A DNA stretch of 43,284 nt from an uncultured Syntrophales bacterium (GCA_964411235.1 CAYPKE010000001.1:1-43284), one strand, 5' to 3'; positions 26,801 to 36,829 are shown, numbered from the stretch's first letter. Numbers and translations: made by a program. The notes: a model not told the origin generated them from the sequence alone.

Positions 26801-28375
26801 ATGAAAATCGCCGGGGTGAACGAAATGCGGTCAATGGACCGCCTGGCCATGGAGAAATTCAATATTCCGGAGGAGATCCTGATGGAGAATGCCGGTTTGG
26901 CATCGGTCTTTGTCCTGAACCGGGAAATCGGCATCCGGGGAAAGAAATTTGTCGTCCTTTGCGGCGGAGGCAACAACGGCGGAGACGGTTTTGTCGTGGC
27001 CCGGAAAATTTTGGCCGACGGCGGCAGGGTGAAGGTATTTATTCTGGGGGATCCCCTGAGATATCGGGGGGCGGCGAAAAAAAACCTGGCCATTCTCTCC
27101 GGTTTGCCCATTGAGAAGGAGGCGGCTCAAAGTCTTGAAGCGGTGCGCGGGGGAATCGATCGCTCTGATGTCATCGTCGATGCCCTCTTCGGTACGGGAT
27201 TGGACCGTGACGTGACGGGAATCTTTGCCGAAGTGATTGAACTGGTCAACGCAAGCGGGAAAAAGGTGCTCAGCCTGGACATTCCTTCGGGTGTGAACGG
27301 CGATAATGGACAGATCATGGGTGCGGCTATCCGGGCCCACATGACGGTCACCTACGGATTGCCTAAGAGAGGGAATCTGCTCTATCCGGGTTATGGCATG
27401 GGGGGGCGCCTTTTCGTCTGCCACATTTGTTTCCCCCCCGAACTTTGTGAGCGGGACGATCTCAAGGTCCAGATCAACGATTTTATCGCGCTGCCCCCCC
27501 GGGATCCCGACGGCCATAAGGGCTCCATGGGGGAGGTGCTGGTGATAGCCGGAGCGGCATCCTATTTCGGCGCCCCTTACTTCGCCGCCATGTCTTTTCT
27601 AAAAGCGGGAGGGGGCTATGCCCGCCTGGCCGTGCCGGCCGGCCTCGCGCCGTTTATTGCCCAGAAGGGCAGTGAAATCGTCATGATTCCCCAGAAGGAA
27701 ACGGCAACGGGCAGTATCGCCTGGGAGAACCGACGCCTCCTTCTTGATCTGGCTGCCAAGATGGATTGTCTCGTGATCGGTCCCGGTGTTTCTTTGCATG
27801 AAGAAACCCAGAAACTTGTGCGGGAATTGGTTGCGGTAGTCGATAAACCCGTTCTGATTGACGGAGACGGAATAACCGCCACGGTCGATCATCCTGATTT
27901 GATCCGGAACAGGAATGGGGAGACGATCCTGACTCCTCATCTCGGCGAAATGTCCCGACTTGCGGGAAAAGAGGTCGGGGAAATACGGCGGAGCCGGATT
28001 GATGTTCTGCAGAAAGTTGCGCAGGATCTCCGGGCTTCAGTGGTGCTGAAAGGCGCCCATTCGCTCATCGCCAGCCCCGAGGGTCGAGTTTACGTAAATT
28101 TGAGCGGCAACTCCGGCATGGCCACCGCCGGCAGCGGTGATGTCCTGACGGGAACAATCGCTGCCATGTGTGGCCTGGGACTCAACGTTCGGAATGCGGT
28201 CCGGAAAGGCGTTTTTCTGCACGGCCTGGCTGGAGATTTGGCGGCCCTTGACTGGGGGGAAGACGGCATGACGGCCCAAACCATCCTCGATTACCTGCCC
28301 CTGGCCATCAAGGCGGACAGGGAGGGCCAGGAGGAAGCGTTCCGCCGCCTATACGAAGGACCCGAGGTGATCTAG
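26801..28375 (+). CDS. nnr: bifunctional NAD(P)H-hydrate epimerase / ADP-dependent dehydratase
   Basis: N-terminal YjeF_N motif CGGGNNGGDGFVVAR. The C-terminal kinase-like domain carries GSMGEVLVIAG and ATAGSGDVLTG. Confidence 0.92.
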   Translation: MKIAGVNEMRSMDRLAMEKFNIPEEILMENAGLASVFVLNREIGIRGKKFVVLCGGGNNGGDGFVVARKILADGGRVKVFILGDPLRYRGAAKKNLAILSGLPIEKEAAQSLEAVRGGIDRSDVIVDALFGTGLDRDVTGIFAEVIELVNASGKKVLSLDIPSGVNGDNGQIMGAAIRAHMTVTYGLPKRGNLLYPGYGMGGRLFVCHICFPPELCERDDLKVQINDFIALPPRDPDGHKGSMGEVLVIAGAASYFGAPYFAAMSFLKAGGGYARLAVPAGLAPFIAQKGSEIVMIPQKETATGSIAWENRRLLLDLAAKMDCLVIGPGVSLHEETQKLVRELVAVVDKPVLIDGDGITATVDHPDLIRNRNGETILTPHLGEMSRLAGKEVGEIRRSRIDVLQKVAQDLRASVVLKGAHSLIASPEGRVYVNLSGNSGMATAGSGDVLTGTIAAMCGLGLNVRNAVRKGVFLHGLAGDLAALDWGEDGMTAQTILDYLPLAIKADREGQEEAFRRLYEGPEVI

Positions 28376-28472
28376 GCTGAAACCGGCGCGGTCTCGCCCG
28401 CCTGTCCCGATCACCGGCTCTTCGGAAGGGCTCTTATTGCTGAGTACGCAAGGTTTTCAACAGAGGCGAACC

Positions 28473-29054
28473 ATGACCATTTTTTCGGCGGCGCTGCTCC
28501 TTTTCCTGGTTATTGACCCTTTCGGGAATATTCCTTTTTTCCTGTCGATTCTGAAACAGGTCGATTACCGCCGTCAACGAAGGATTATCATCCGGGAGAT
28601 GATGATCGCCCTGGCGGTTCTGGTTTTCTTTCTCTTTACCGGTCGCTATGTCCTGGTGCTGCTGGATATTTCCGCGCCGGCTTTAAGTATGGCCGGGGGT
28701 ATCATTCTATTCCTGATTGCCCTGAAGATGATTTTCTCCGATTCCGAGGCCATATTCGGCAAATCTCCGGCAGGAGAACCCCTGATCGTGCCCCTGGCGA
28801 TTCCGTTTATCGCGGGTCCTTCAGCCCTGGCGACGGTTCTGCTTTTAATGGCCCGGGAGCCTTCACGATGGGCGGAATGGCTGATTGCGCTAATTGCAGC
28901 GTGGTCCGCCGCCATGTGTATTCTGCTGCTGTCAAACGAGATCAGCCGCTTTTTGGGGTACCGGGTCCTGATCGCCATCGAGCGGTTGATGGGAATGCTT
29001 CTGACGACGATTGCCGTTGAACTGTTCATCAAAGGGATCGGTCAGCTGGCATGA
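28473..29054 (+). CDS. MarC family (UPF0056) membrane protein
   Basis: MTIFSAALLLFLVIDPFGNIPFFLSIL and PLAIPFIAGPSA motifs; six TM-like segments. Confidence 0.85.
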   Translation: MTIFSAALLLFLVIDPFGNIPFFLSILKQVDYRRQRRIIIREMMIALAVLVFFLFTGRYVLVLLDISAPALSMAGGIILFLIALKMIFSDSEAIFGKSPAGEPLIVPLAIPFIAGPSALATVLLLMAREPSRWAEWLIALIAAWSAAMCILLLSNEISRFLGYRVLIAIERLMGMLLTTIAVELFIKGIGQLA

Positions 29055-29113
29055 TAAAAAATGAGGGATGTGGCGGTTTGTCAACGCGATAACGAGAAAA
29101 GGAGATGCAAGCC

Positions 29114-30313
29114 ATGATGAATAAAGACCAACTGGAAAAGTATGCGGATGTCCTTTTGTGGGGGCTGAAAACGGCCCGTGTAAAACCCCTCCGCAAAGGG
29201 GCCCTGATCCTCTTGCAGTATGACCTTCCCGCCTTGGCGCTGGCGGAAATTCTCTTCAGCAGGTTGCTCGATTTGGGATTCAATCCGATTCAGAGAATGG
29301 GTATGACCACACAGATGGAAAAGAGCTTTTACGAAAAGGCGAATGACCGTCAATTGTCTTTTCTTGCGCCGGGAGACAGGCCGACTTATGAAAAACTGGA
29401 TGGACGGATCTTTTTGCGGGCACCGGCGTCGCTGACCCACCTGGGAGGGGTCGACCCCCGCAAAATCGCCCGTGCCATGGTGGCCCGCAAGCCCCTGCGG
29501 GAACTGATGGAGGCGCGTGAACACCAAGGTCTCCACGGGTGGACCCTTTGCCTGTTCCCGACGGAGGAACTCGCGGCCCAGGCCGGGCTCAGCCTTGCAG
29601 AATATACCCAACAGATCGTAAAGGCCTGCTACCTGGACCGGATCGATCCCGTTGGTGAATGGAAGCGGATATACCGGGAGATGGCGAAGATCAAGCGATC
29701 GCTCAACGCGTTGCCGGTCAAATCCTTTCATGTCGAGGCGGATTATTTCGATCTCCGGATTATCCCCGGCGAAGCGCGGAAGTGGATCGGCATCTCGGGG
29801 CATAACATTCCCAGCTTCGAGCTGTTCCTGTCGCCTGACTGGCGGGGCACGGAAGGAACTTTCTACGCGAATCAGCCTTCATACCGGAGCGGCAACTACG
29901 TCGAGGGCGTCAGCCTCGTTTTCGAGAAGGGAAATGTGGTCGATGTCAGAGTGGAAAAGGGGGAAGCGTTTACAAAAAAGCAACTTGAAATGGATCCGGG
30001 GGCGAAAAGGGTCGGGGAATTTTCCCTGACGGACCGGCGCTTTTCACGGATTGACCGCTTCATGGCCGATACCCTTTTCGATGAAAACTACGGCGGCGCT
30101 TACGGCAACATGCACATTGCGCTGGGGGCATCCTATACCGATACGTTCAGCGGTGACCTGTCCAAGATGAACAAGAGCCTGAAGAAGAAACTGGGCTTCA
30201 ACGATTCAGCCCTCCATTGGGATCTCGTGAATACGGAAAAGAAAACGGTTACGGCGATTCTGAAGACCGGCAAGAGGCTGGTTATTTACGCCGAAGGGCA
30301 GTTCCGCCATTGA
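29114..30313 (+). CDS. M29 family aminopeptidase (AmpS/PepS-like)
   Basis: Length and pattern (LEKYADVLL...; C-terminal GNMHIALGASY...ALHWDLV) fit thermophilic-metalloprotease M29. AAGGAG abuts ATG 29105, so ATG 29114 is the better-spaced start. Confidence 0.8.
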   Translation: MMNKDQLEKYADVLLWGLKTARVKPLRKGALILLQYDLPALALAEILFSRLLDLGFNPIQRMGMTTQMEKSFYEKANDRQLSFLAPGDRPTYEKLDGRIFLRAPASLTHLGGVDPRKIARAMVARKPLRELMEAREHQGLHGWTLCLFPTEELAAQAGLSLAEYTQQIVKACYLDRIDPVGEWKRIYREMAKIKRSLNALPVKSFHVEADYFDLRIIPGEARKWIGISGHNIPSFELFLSPDWRGTEGTFYANQPSYRSGNYVEGVSLVFEKGNVVDVRVEKGEAFTKKQLEMDPGAKRVGEFSLTDRRFSRIDRFMADTLFDENYGGAYGNMHIALGASYTDTFSGDLSKMNKSLKKKLGFNDSALHWDLVNTEKKTVTAILKTGKRLVIYAEGQFRH

Positions 30314-30401
30314 TCGCGCAAGGGGGGGGAAGCGGAGATATCAGCGGGTTGTCGTCCTGCCGGGATTATGGATACCTGAGAAGAAGTGATGCTTTCCAGT
30401 T

Positions 30402-30701
30402 TCAGGTGCCCGTAATCTCCTTTCGGGCCTTCCGGAAGATCTCTTCCTTAAAACCGGGAAAACCGGGGATGGCCTGATTGAGAAACTTGGTCGTGTACTG
30501 GGTATCGTAAAGCAGCATCTTTTCAAAATCCGCAAGCTTGCCGGTCGGTCCGAGCTGTTTTCTGACAGCTTCGTTAAAGTACTCTTCCAGCTTGATTGCG
30601 TATGCATCGGCCAATCGACCGAGGGCCTCCTTGTCGTGTTCCGCCAGTTTCCCCTGGTCCTGCAGGTCCTTGATCCAGCGGGAGGTTTCTTCCTTGAACA
30701 T
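30402..30701 (-). CDS. hypothetical 99-aa helical protein
   Basis: ATG 30701 lies 6 nt after AGGAGG, and the charged helical sequence runs MFKEETSRWIKDLQDQGKLAEHDKEALGRLADAY... No family recognised. Confidence 0.6.
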   Translation of the reverse strand: MFKEETSRWIKDLQDQGKLAEHDKEALGRLADAYAIKLEEYFNEAVRKQLGPTGKLADFEKMLLYDTQYTTKFLNQAIPGFPGFKEEIFRKARKEITGT

Positions 30702-30788
30702 GGGTGCCTCCTGCAAGCTTCGCGTTTGGTTTCTGCCGGTATCAGCAGGCAGCGAAGTGAATCGCGCCGGTTTCCTACCGGGTGTGCG

Positions 30789-31763
30789 TCATTTTTCTCT
30801 GGCAACGATATAGTCGGCGATGGCGATGAGCGCGGTTTTGTATAGGGATTCGGGGAAGGAAGCGAGAAAGCCCTTGGCCTCTTCAACAAGCATTCCGGCT
30901 TTGTCCAGGGCATAGACGATCCCGTCACAGCCTTGCATGAGAGCCATAATTTCCCCGATTTCTTCCGGGGATCTTTCCGGTTTCCGCAACAGACCATGCA
31001 GGCGAGCTCTTTCCCCTGTCGGAATCTGTGCCATCGTCCGGATCAACGGCAGGGTCAGTTTCCCTTCCGCCAGATCTTTCCCGATCGCCTTGCCGAATTC
31101 ACCCTCCTTTGCCATATAATCCAGGGTGTCGTCCGTTATCTGAAAGGCTGCGCCGACACGAAGACCGTATTGGGCCAGTGCTTCGATCCGGCCGGAGTCG
31201 GTTTCTCCCAGATGCCCTCCCAGGGAGCAGGCCGCCGAAATGAGAACCGCCGTTTTCTTTTCGATAATCGAAAAATAATCCGTCTCCGTGATGGCAACAT
31301 CTCCGCGCTTGACGAGCTGCAGTACCTCTCCTTCGGACATGGTGTTGGTCGTCGCCGAAAGAAGCCGGATGATGTCGAGGTTGCCGTATTCCGTCAGGAG
31401 CCGGAAGGATTTGGAGTAGAGAAAATCACCGACCAGAACGCTTGCCGCATTACCCCAGACACGGTTGGCTGCAGGTTTGCCCCGTCTCGTATCGGCTTCG
31501 TCGATGACATCATCGTGGAGCAGCGTGGCCGTATGGATGAATTCGATTACCGCGGCCAGCGGAAAGCGCCGTACCCCTTCGTAGCCGCAAAGGGCTGACG
31601 AAGCCAGAAGCAGAAGCGGGCGAAAACGCTTCCCTCCACTGTCGAGGATATGCCGGACGATTTCAGGAATCAAACGGACTTCGGAGCGAAGATGGTCCTC
31701 CATGCTCCTCTCCACCTGCTTTAAGTCTTCACCGAAGAGTCGGAAAACATCCTGCATCTGCAT
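30789..31763 (-). CDS. ispB: polyprenyl diphosphate synthase (octaprenyl/heptaprenyl type)
   Basis: First and second Asp-rich motifs are LLHDDVIDEADTRRG and QITDDTLD. Confidence 0.9.
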   Translation of the reverse strand: MQMQDVFRLFGEDLKQVERSMEDHLRSEVRLIPEIVRHILDSGGKRFRPLLLLASSALCGYEGVRRFPLAAVIEFIHTATLLHDDVIDEADTRRGKPAANRVWGNAASVLVGDFLYSKSFRLLTEYGNLDIIRLLSATTNTMSEGEVLQLVKRGDVAITETDYFSIIEKKTAVLISAACSLGGHLGETDSGRIEALAQYGLRVGAAFQITDDTLDYMAKEGEFGKAIGKDLAEGKLTLPLIRTMAQIPTGERARLHGLLRKPERSPEEIGEIMALMQGCDGIVYALDKAGMLVEEAKGFLASFPESLYKTALIAIADYIVAREK

Positions 31764-31820
31764 GAAAAGTGGCCTCTCATTGTCTGATTGCGAACCGGAC
31801 TATAGGGGAAGGAGGAGAAA

Positions 31821-31865
31821 ATGTCAAACAATTCATGTGACAGCCGCAAGACGATCCTGCTATGA
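31821..31865 (+). CDS. candidate 14-codon upstream ORF ([14 protein letters not shown]) preceding sugE
   Basis: ATG 31821 lies 5 nt after GGAAGGAGGAG, the strongest SD in this intergenic region. Its TGA (31863-31865) overlaps the in-frame ATGATG that opens the sugE reading frame. Confidence 0.3.
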   Translation: MSNNSCDSRKTILL

Positions 31866-31894
31866 TGCCCATTATTACAGGCGAGGTGAAGGCG

Positions 31895-32209
31895 ATGCCA
31901 TGGGTGTATCTTTTTATTGCCGGATTGATGGAGGTGGGTTGGGCGGTAGGCCTGAAGTACACACACGGCTTCAGCCGTCTGTGGCCGACGGTCTGGACTG
32001 TCTTGGCCATGGTCTTCAGTCTTTTTTTTCTGGGCCAGTCCCTGAAAACCCTTCCGGTGGGGACGGCCTACGCGGTATGGACGGGAATCGGGGCCGTCGG
32101 TGCGGCGGTTTTGGGCATCATTCTGTTTGGGGATCCCAAAAGTGCCGTCCGGCTCTTCAGCATCGCATTGATTGTGGCCGGTATCGCGGGCTTGCGGCTT
32201 AGCGCCTGA
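31895..32209 (+). CDS. sugE: SMR-family efflux protein SugE/Gdx type
   Basis: [26 protein letters not shown]...[14 protein letters not shown] is the canonical SugE pattern, including the membrane Glu. ATG 31895 follows GAGGTGAAGG. Track ORF opens at 31862. Confidence 0.9.
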   Translation: MPWVYLFIAGLMEVGWAVGLKYTHGFSRLWPTVWTVLAMVFSLFFLGQSLKTLPVGTAYAVWTGIGAVGAAVLGIILFGDPKSAVRLFSIALIVAGIAGLRLSA

Positions 32210-32210
32210 T

Positions 32211-33566
32211 TCATGCCGATTCTGCGGTCACGACGGTGCCGAACAGGTCGTATTCATCGGCGGATTGAATGCGGACGTACACGAACTCGCCGGGCTTCAG
32301 ATTTTCTCCCGTCAGATACGTCACGCCGTCGATATCAGGCGACTGCCGGCAGCTGCGACCCATGTAGGGATACTCGGGCAGATCGCTGGGCCCTTCGATG
32401 AGAACTTCCTGCACCGAGTCGATCAGAGACTGATTGATCTGCTCCGACACGCGGGCCTGAACCTCCATGACACGGGACGTTCTTTTCTCCTTCGTTCTTT
32501 CCGATACCTGTCCCGGAAGAGCGCGTGCTTCCGTGCCCTCTTCCGGGGAATAGCGGAACGCCCCGAGATGATCGAAACGCGCCTCCCGGATTAAATGGAG
32601 AAGCTTTTGGAAACGCTGGGGCGTTTCTCCGGGGAATCCGACAATAAGCGATGTCCGCAAGGCGATCCCGGGCACGATATTCCGCGCCCTGTCGATCAGG
32701 TTTCGAATTGTCCGGCTGTCACCCCGGCGCTTCATCAGGCGGAGGATCTCGTCGTCGATATGCTGGATGGGAATATCCAGGTAAGGACAGATCTTCTCCT
32801 CGGCGGCTATGGTTCGCAGGATATCGTCCGTCAGGGCCGCCGGGTAGGTGTAGAGCAGGCGGAGCCACCGGAGATCCGGGATCGTGACGAGCGCTTGCAG
32901 CAGTTCCTGCAGGGTCGGTTTTCCCGGGAGATCCCGGCCATAAGCGGTGGTGTCCTGGGCCGTGACGATCAGTTCTCTGACGCCTCCGGCGACCAGGCCT
33001 GCCGCCTCCTGCAGGATATCCTCCAGGCTTCTGCTGCGGGCCTTCCCCCGTATAAACGGAATAACGCAATAAGAGCAGCGGTTGGCACAGCCGTCGGCAA
33101 TCTTGAGATAGGCGGTATGGAAAGGTGTTGAAAGCCGTCGCGGATGGGCCGCCGTCATGAGAAAAGTCGGTTTGTGAACCAGGCACCGCTCCGGCGGCGG
33201 GGCTGCCGTTGCAAGGCGTGCCACATATTCGGCGATACGTCCGACCTCGTCTGTACCCACGAAAAGGTCCACCTCGGGAAGTTCCCGGGAAATTTCCTCA
33301 CCGTATCGCTGAGGGAGGCATCCGGCTACCACCAGATAAGCGCATGTCCCCAGGGTCTTCCAGCGGGCAAGGCGCAGGATTTCCCCGATGGACTCCTCCT
33401 TGGCCGGCAGGATAAAAGCACAGGTATTGAGGAGGATGATCTCCGCGTCCGCTTCCCGGTCAATCAGGCGAAAGCCCGCCCTTTCCAGGGCTGCCCCCAT
33501 CACTTCCGAATCGACAAGGTTCTTGGGACAGCCGAGACTGATAATATGGACCGTTTTCCCCTTCAT
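32211..33566 (-). CDS. rimO: ribosomal protein S12 methylthiotransferase
   Basis: N-terminal UPF0004 domain (HIISLGCPKNLVDSE...LLNTCAF), radical-SAM CANRCSYC, C-terminal TRAM domain. Confidence 0.9.
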   Translation of the reverse strand: MKGKTVHIISLGCPKNLVDSEVMGAALERAGFRLIDREADAEIILLNTCAFILPAKEESIGEILRLARWKTLGTCAYLVVAGCLPQRYGEEISRELPEVDLFVGTDEVGRIAEYVARLATAAPPPERCLVHKPTFLMTAAHPRRLSTPFHTAYLKIADGCANRCSYCVIPFIRGKARSRSLEDILQEAAGLVAGGVRELIVTAQDTTAYGRDLPGKPTLQELLQALVTIPDLRWLRLLYTYPAALTDDILRTIAAEEKICPYLDIPIQHIDDEILRLMKRRGDSRTIRNLIDRARNIVPGIALRTSLIVGFPGETPQRFQKLLHLIREARFDHLGAFRYSPEEGTEARALPGQVSERTKEKRTSRVMEVQARVSEQINQSLIDSVQEVLIEGPSDLPEYPYMGRSCRQSPDIDGVTYLTGENLKPGEFVYVRIQSADEYDLFGTVVTAESA

Positions 33567-35848
33567 TTTGTGATTTTTCTGGCGAGGACTTTTCTCGGCT
33601 TGACACCGTCGGAGGGTCCCACGACACCTTCGGCTTCCATTTGTTCGATAATGCGGGCCGCACGGTTATAGCCGATTTTCAGGTAGCGCTGGACAAGGGA
33701 GATGGAAGCCTGGCCAAGGTCGGTGACCAATTCCACGGCTTCGTCGTATTTCTTGTCGAAGGCTTCGTCGCCCCTATCCCTGGCTTCGTCATCCGGTAAT
33801 TCGGTTGTGATCGATTCATCGTAGACGGGTTTTGCCTGCTTCTTGACATAGTCCACGACCCGGCTGATTTCCTTGTCCGATACGAAGGCGCCGTGAATCC
33901 GGTTCAGACGGGAAGAGCCCGGGGGAATGAAGAGCATGTCCCCGGCACCCAAGAGCTTTTCCGCGCCATGATCGTCGAGAATGGTCCGGGAGTCGACTTT
34001 GGAGGAAACCTGGAAGGAGATGCGGGTGCGGAAGTTTGCCTTGATCAGCCCCGTAATAACATCGACCGACGGACGCTGCGTGGCGAGGATAAGATGTATA
34101 CCCGCCGCCCGGGCCATCTGGGCAAGGCGGGCCAGGGATTCCTCGACGTTTCGCTGAGCGACCATCATCAAATCGGCCAGTTCATCGATGACGATGATAA
34201 TGTATGGCAGTTTCTGCAGGGGCAATTCGCCTGCGGAGGCCGTCGCTATTGGCAGGAGGGTTTCCTCATCTTCCCCATCGGGACCGGTTTCTTCAAAGCC
34301 GGAAGGGGCGTCGTTATCTTGGCCCCCTTTCTCGCTGTTTATGTTTTCTCCAGCCCTTTTGTCCAGAATCTTGTTGAACATGTCAATGCTTTTCGCTCCT
34401 ACGGTGCTGATTGCCTGATAACGGCGCTCCATTTCCTGCACGGCCCACTTCAGCACCTGGGAGGCTTTTTTCGGATCGACGACCACGGGATGCAGCAGGT
34501 GGGGGATCCCTTCGTAAGCGGCCAGTTCGAGCCTTTTCGGGTCTATCATGAGAAATTTGGCCTCATCCGGAGGGACCTTGAAAAGAATGCTGCAGATCAT
34601 GGCGTTCAGGGAGACGCTTTTACCCGAGCCGGTGGTACCGGCGATAAGCAGATGAGGCATTTTGACCAGGTCTGCGACGACGGGGGCGCCGACAATATCC
34701 TTTCCCAGAGCGATGGGCAACCGGTAACTGCCTTCGGTGCATGCGGTGTTCTCCAGGACGTCTTTCAAGTAAACGGCTTCACGTTCCGGATTGGGAATCT
34801 CAATGCCGACGACGGCTTTCCCGGGAATGGGGGCGACAATGCGAACGCTGGGAGCCCGCAGGGCCAGGGCCAGGTCATCCGACAGGGTGGTGATCTTTGC
34901 AATCTTGACACCCGATGCCGGCTCCAATTCATACATGGTGATGACCGGCCCCGTCCGGACCTCGACGACGCGGCCTTCGACGCCGAAATCGCCGAGCTTT
35001 TTCTCCAGGATCCGGGAATTGGCGATGAGAGTTTCCTTTCTGACCCGGGTGTCCTTGTGAGGCATATCGCTGAGCAGGCTCAGGGGTGGAAGCCGAAACG
35101 TTCCCCGCTTCAGGACGAAATCAAAGGGCATTTGTTCCACCTTTTTTTCCTCTTTTGCGGTCGGAGCCGGTTCGGGATGTCCGACCGACGGAACAATCCG
35201 GGGGGTATGGCCAGCCTCCGGTGTATCGTCTCTGTTGCTCCGTCGCATTCGGCCTCGCCATTTTTCCCAGAACGCTTGACCCGTGAACCAGGACAAAGCG
35301 GTGATGCGCGACAGGAGCCGGGCCGTGATGACGACGGAAAAACTCGTCATGACCATGAGAGAGATCAGCAGAATCGAAATGAGGACCAGAAAGGTGCCCG
35401 CGGTGTTCAGGCGGACATCCATTATTTGAAAAAGATGAAGTCCCAGGACACCGCCGGGACGGATCTCGGACCCGGACAGAGAAATATCGGCCATGATCAT
35501 CGCAAGCAGGGCGGCAAGGGACAGGCAGAGCCCCGTGAACCCGAGCAGATGAAGGGCTCTGATTCGGAATGCATTATCGACAAGGTAACGAAAGCCGGCA
35601 ACGCAAAGAAAGATGGGCAACAGAAGAACACTTGCGCCCAGAAGGCGGATCAGGGAATCCGCCGTATAGGATCCAAACGGGCCGATCAGGTTATGCACCC
35701 CGCCCTTTTCGGCGACAAAATGCGTGAAGGAGGGATCCTGGGGAGAATAGGAAAACAGGCAAAGGAAAAGAAACAAGGCCAGGGAAATATACAGGACCCC
35801 CTTGATTTCACGCGTTCTTTTTAACCCCTTGGTTTCCGTCATGATCAA
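33563..35848 (-). CDS. ftsK: DNA translocase FtsK
   Basis: N-terminal TM helices, Walker A GTTGSGKS, motor domain RAAGIHLILATQRPS, C-terminal winged-helix gamma domain (SISLVQRYLKIGYNRAARIIEQME). Confidence 0.95.
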   Translation of the reverse strand: MIMTETKGLKRTREIKGVLYISLALFLFLCLFSYSPQDPSFTHFVAEKGGVHNLIGPFGSYTADSLIRLLGASVLLLPIFLCVAGFRYLVDNAFRIRALHLLGFTGLCLSLAALLAMIMADISLSGSEIRPGGVLGLHLFQIMDVRLNTAGTFLVLISILLISLMVMTSFSVVITARLLSRITALSWFTGQAFWEKWRGRMRRSNRDDTPEAGHTPRIVPSVGHPEPAPTAKEEKKVEQMPFDFVLKRGTFRLPPLSLLSDMPHKDTRVRKETLIANSRILEKKLGDFGVEGRVVEVRTGPVITMYELEPASGVKIAKITTLSDDLALALRAPSVRIVAPIPGKAVVGIEIPNPEREAVYLKDVLENTACTEGSYRLPIALGKDIVGAPVVADLVKMPHLLIAGTTGSGKSVSLNAMICSILFKVPPDEAKFLMIDPKRLELAAYEGIPHLLHPVVVDPKKASQVLKWAVQEMERRYQAISTVGAKSIDMFNKILDKRAGENINSEKGGQDNDAPSGFEETGPDGEDEETLLPIATASAGELPLQKLPYIIIVIDELADLMMVAQRNVEESLARLAQMARAAGIHLILATQRPSVDVITGLIKANFRTRISFQVSSKVDSRTILDDHGAEKLLGAGDMLFIPPGSSRLNRIHGAFVSDKEISRVVDYVKKQAKPVYDESITTELPDDEARDRGDEAFDKKYDEAVELVTDLGQASISLVQRYLKIGYNRAARIIEQMEAEGVVGPSDGVKPRKVLARKITK

Positions 35849-35866
35849 AAACGATCCCCGCGAACC

Positions 35867-36757
35867 CTATTTCTTTTTCGTGACATGATCCTGGAAGTGT
35901 CGCTTGATGGTCATGTCGCCATCGGTCTCCGCCATTTTTGCCAGCATCTTGGCGGTGGAAATATCCAGTTTCAGTCTGCGGATTTTCTCATCGTAGGCAT
36001 CAATCAGTTTCTTCTGTTCCTTTCTCTTTGCCAGAGGCATGAACGGGTTGGCCTCGAGTTTTCTCTGGATATCATCACGGATTGCCGTAATTTTGGCCAA
36101 CGCTTTTTTCAGCTTTTCAATCCGTTCCTCGGGAGTCGTGTCGGCGGTCTCTTCAGACCCCGGTCGTTCCGTCGAAGACGCTGCTGGGGGTTCTTGCTTG
36201 CCGCCTGTCTTTGGTCCGGTTTCGATGATCTTGCCCTGGGACAGCGTGGGCTTGTTGATGACATCATAGGTAACCTGGTGTTTCATGTGGCCCTGCGTCG
36301 GCTTGATGCAGACATCCACAACGAAATCACCGCACGGGGTGGCAAAGGGGATCACGATGCTCGGGGCTTTCAGGATATGGTTGATGGTATGCCCTTCGCC
36401 GACCACGACGGAGGGAATGGCCGCATAAACACTCAGGCCGTTTTTTTCCATATGGGTCCGGGCAACACCGGAGATCATGTTGGTGAGTTCACCGACGGCG
36501 TCGAGGACTTCCCGGCTCGGTTCCGTATGGCTCTCGCCAAGCATATTGCTTACGATGCCGCAAATGCAAGGCGTATGAAAGCTTACGGCAAGGGAGCCGA
36601 TGGCGTCTCCGGTTATGCCGATTATACCGGAAACGTCCCCATGAGCAATGTCTTCCTTCTTCAAGTAGGCCTTGCCGGCGCTGGCATCAATGAAGGCCAT
36701 CGTTTTCAGCACTTCTTTTGCACCGTCCAGAAACGGATTGATAAAACGGACATCCAT
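35867..36757 (-). CDS. CheX/CheC-like domain protein with about 140-aa charged C-terminal extension
   Basis: Residues 1-150 (INPFLDGAKEVLKTM...GIIGITGDAIGSLAVSF...AVGELTNMISG...PSVVVGEGH) follow the CheX fold pattern. The C-terminus is Lys/Glu-rich and coiled-coil-like. Confidence 0.75.
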   Translation of the reverse strand: MDVRFINPFLDGAKEVLKTMAFIDASAGKAYLKKEDIAHGDVSGIIGITGDAIGSLAVSFHTPCICGIVSNMLGESHTEPSREVLDAVGELTNMISGVARTHMEKNGLSVYAAIPSVVVGEGHTINHILKAPSIVIPFATPCGDFVVDVCIKPTQGHMKHQVTYDVINKPTLSQGKIIETGPKTGGKQEPPAASSTERPGSEETADTTPEERIEKLKKALAKITAIRDDIQRKLEANPFMPLAKRKEQKKLIDAYDEKIRRLKLDISTAKMLAKMAETDGDMTIKRHFQDHVTKKK

Positions 36758-36829
36758 TGTGCCTGGTTCCCCCCCTTTCCCGCCGATACGACTGATTCTG
36801 CTTTACCCCTATACCAAAATTCTTCCGGC

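Noticed and set aside
31764-31894. Guanidine riboswitch (ykkC, mini-ykkC or ykkC-III) upstream of sugE
   Set aside because: CCGGAC and CAAGACG strings are present. Their spacing is about 45 nt, and the absence of paired ACGR hairpins or the pseudoknot arms does not fit any of the three classes as I remember them.
32207-32213. Convergent sugE and rimO stop codons separated by a single nucleotide
   Set aside because: This is real but not unusual in compact genomes. No shared hairpin is visible, so it is noted only as an absence of an intergenic terminator.
33893-35824. 643-aa ORF antisense to ftsK, the longest non-annotated ORF in the track
   Set aside because: Its codons are in exact register with the ftsK codons (both are congruent mod 3). 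Antisense stops therefore arise only where ftsK uses TTA, CTA or TCA, which this genome avoids. The translation is low-complexity (G/R/D/Q-rich) with no motif or RBS. It is a shadow frame.
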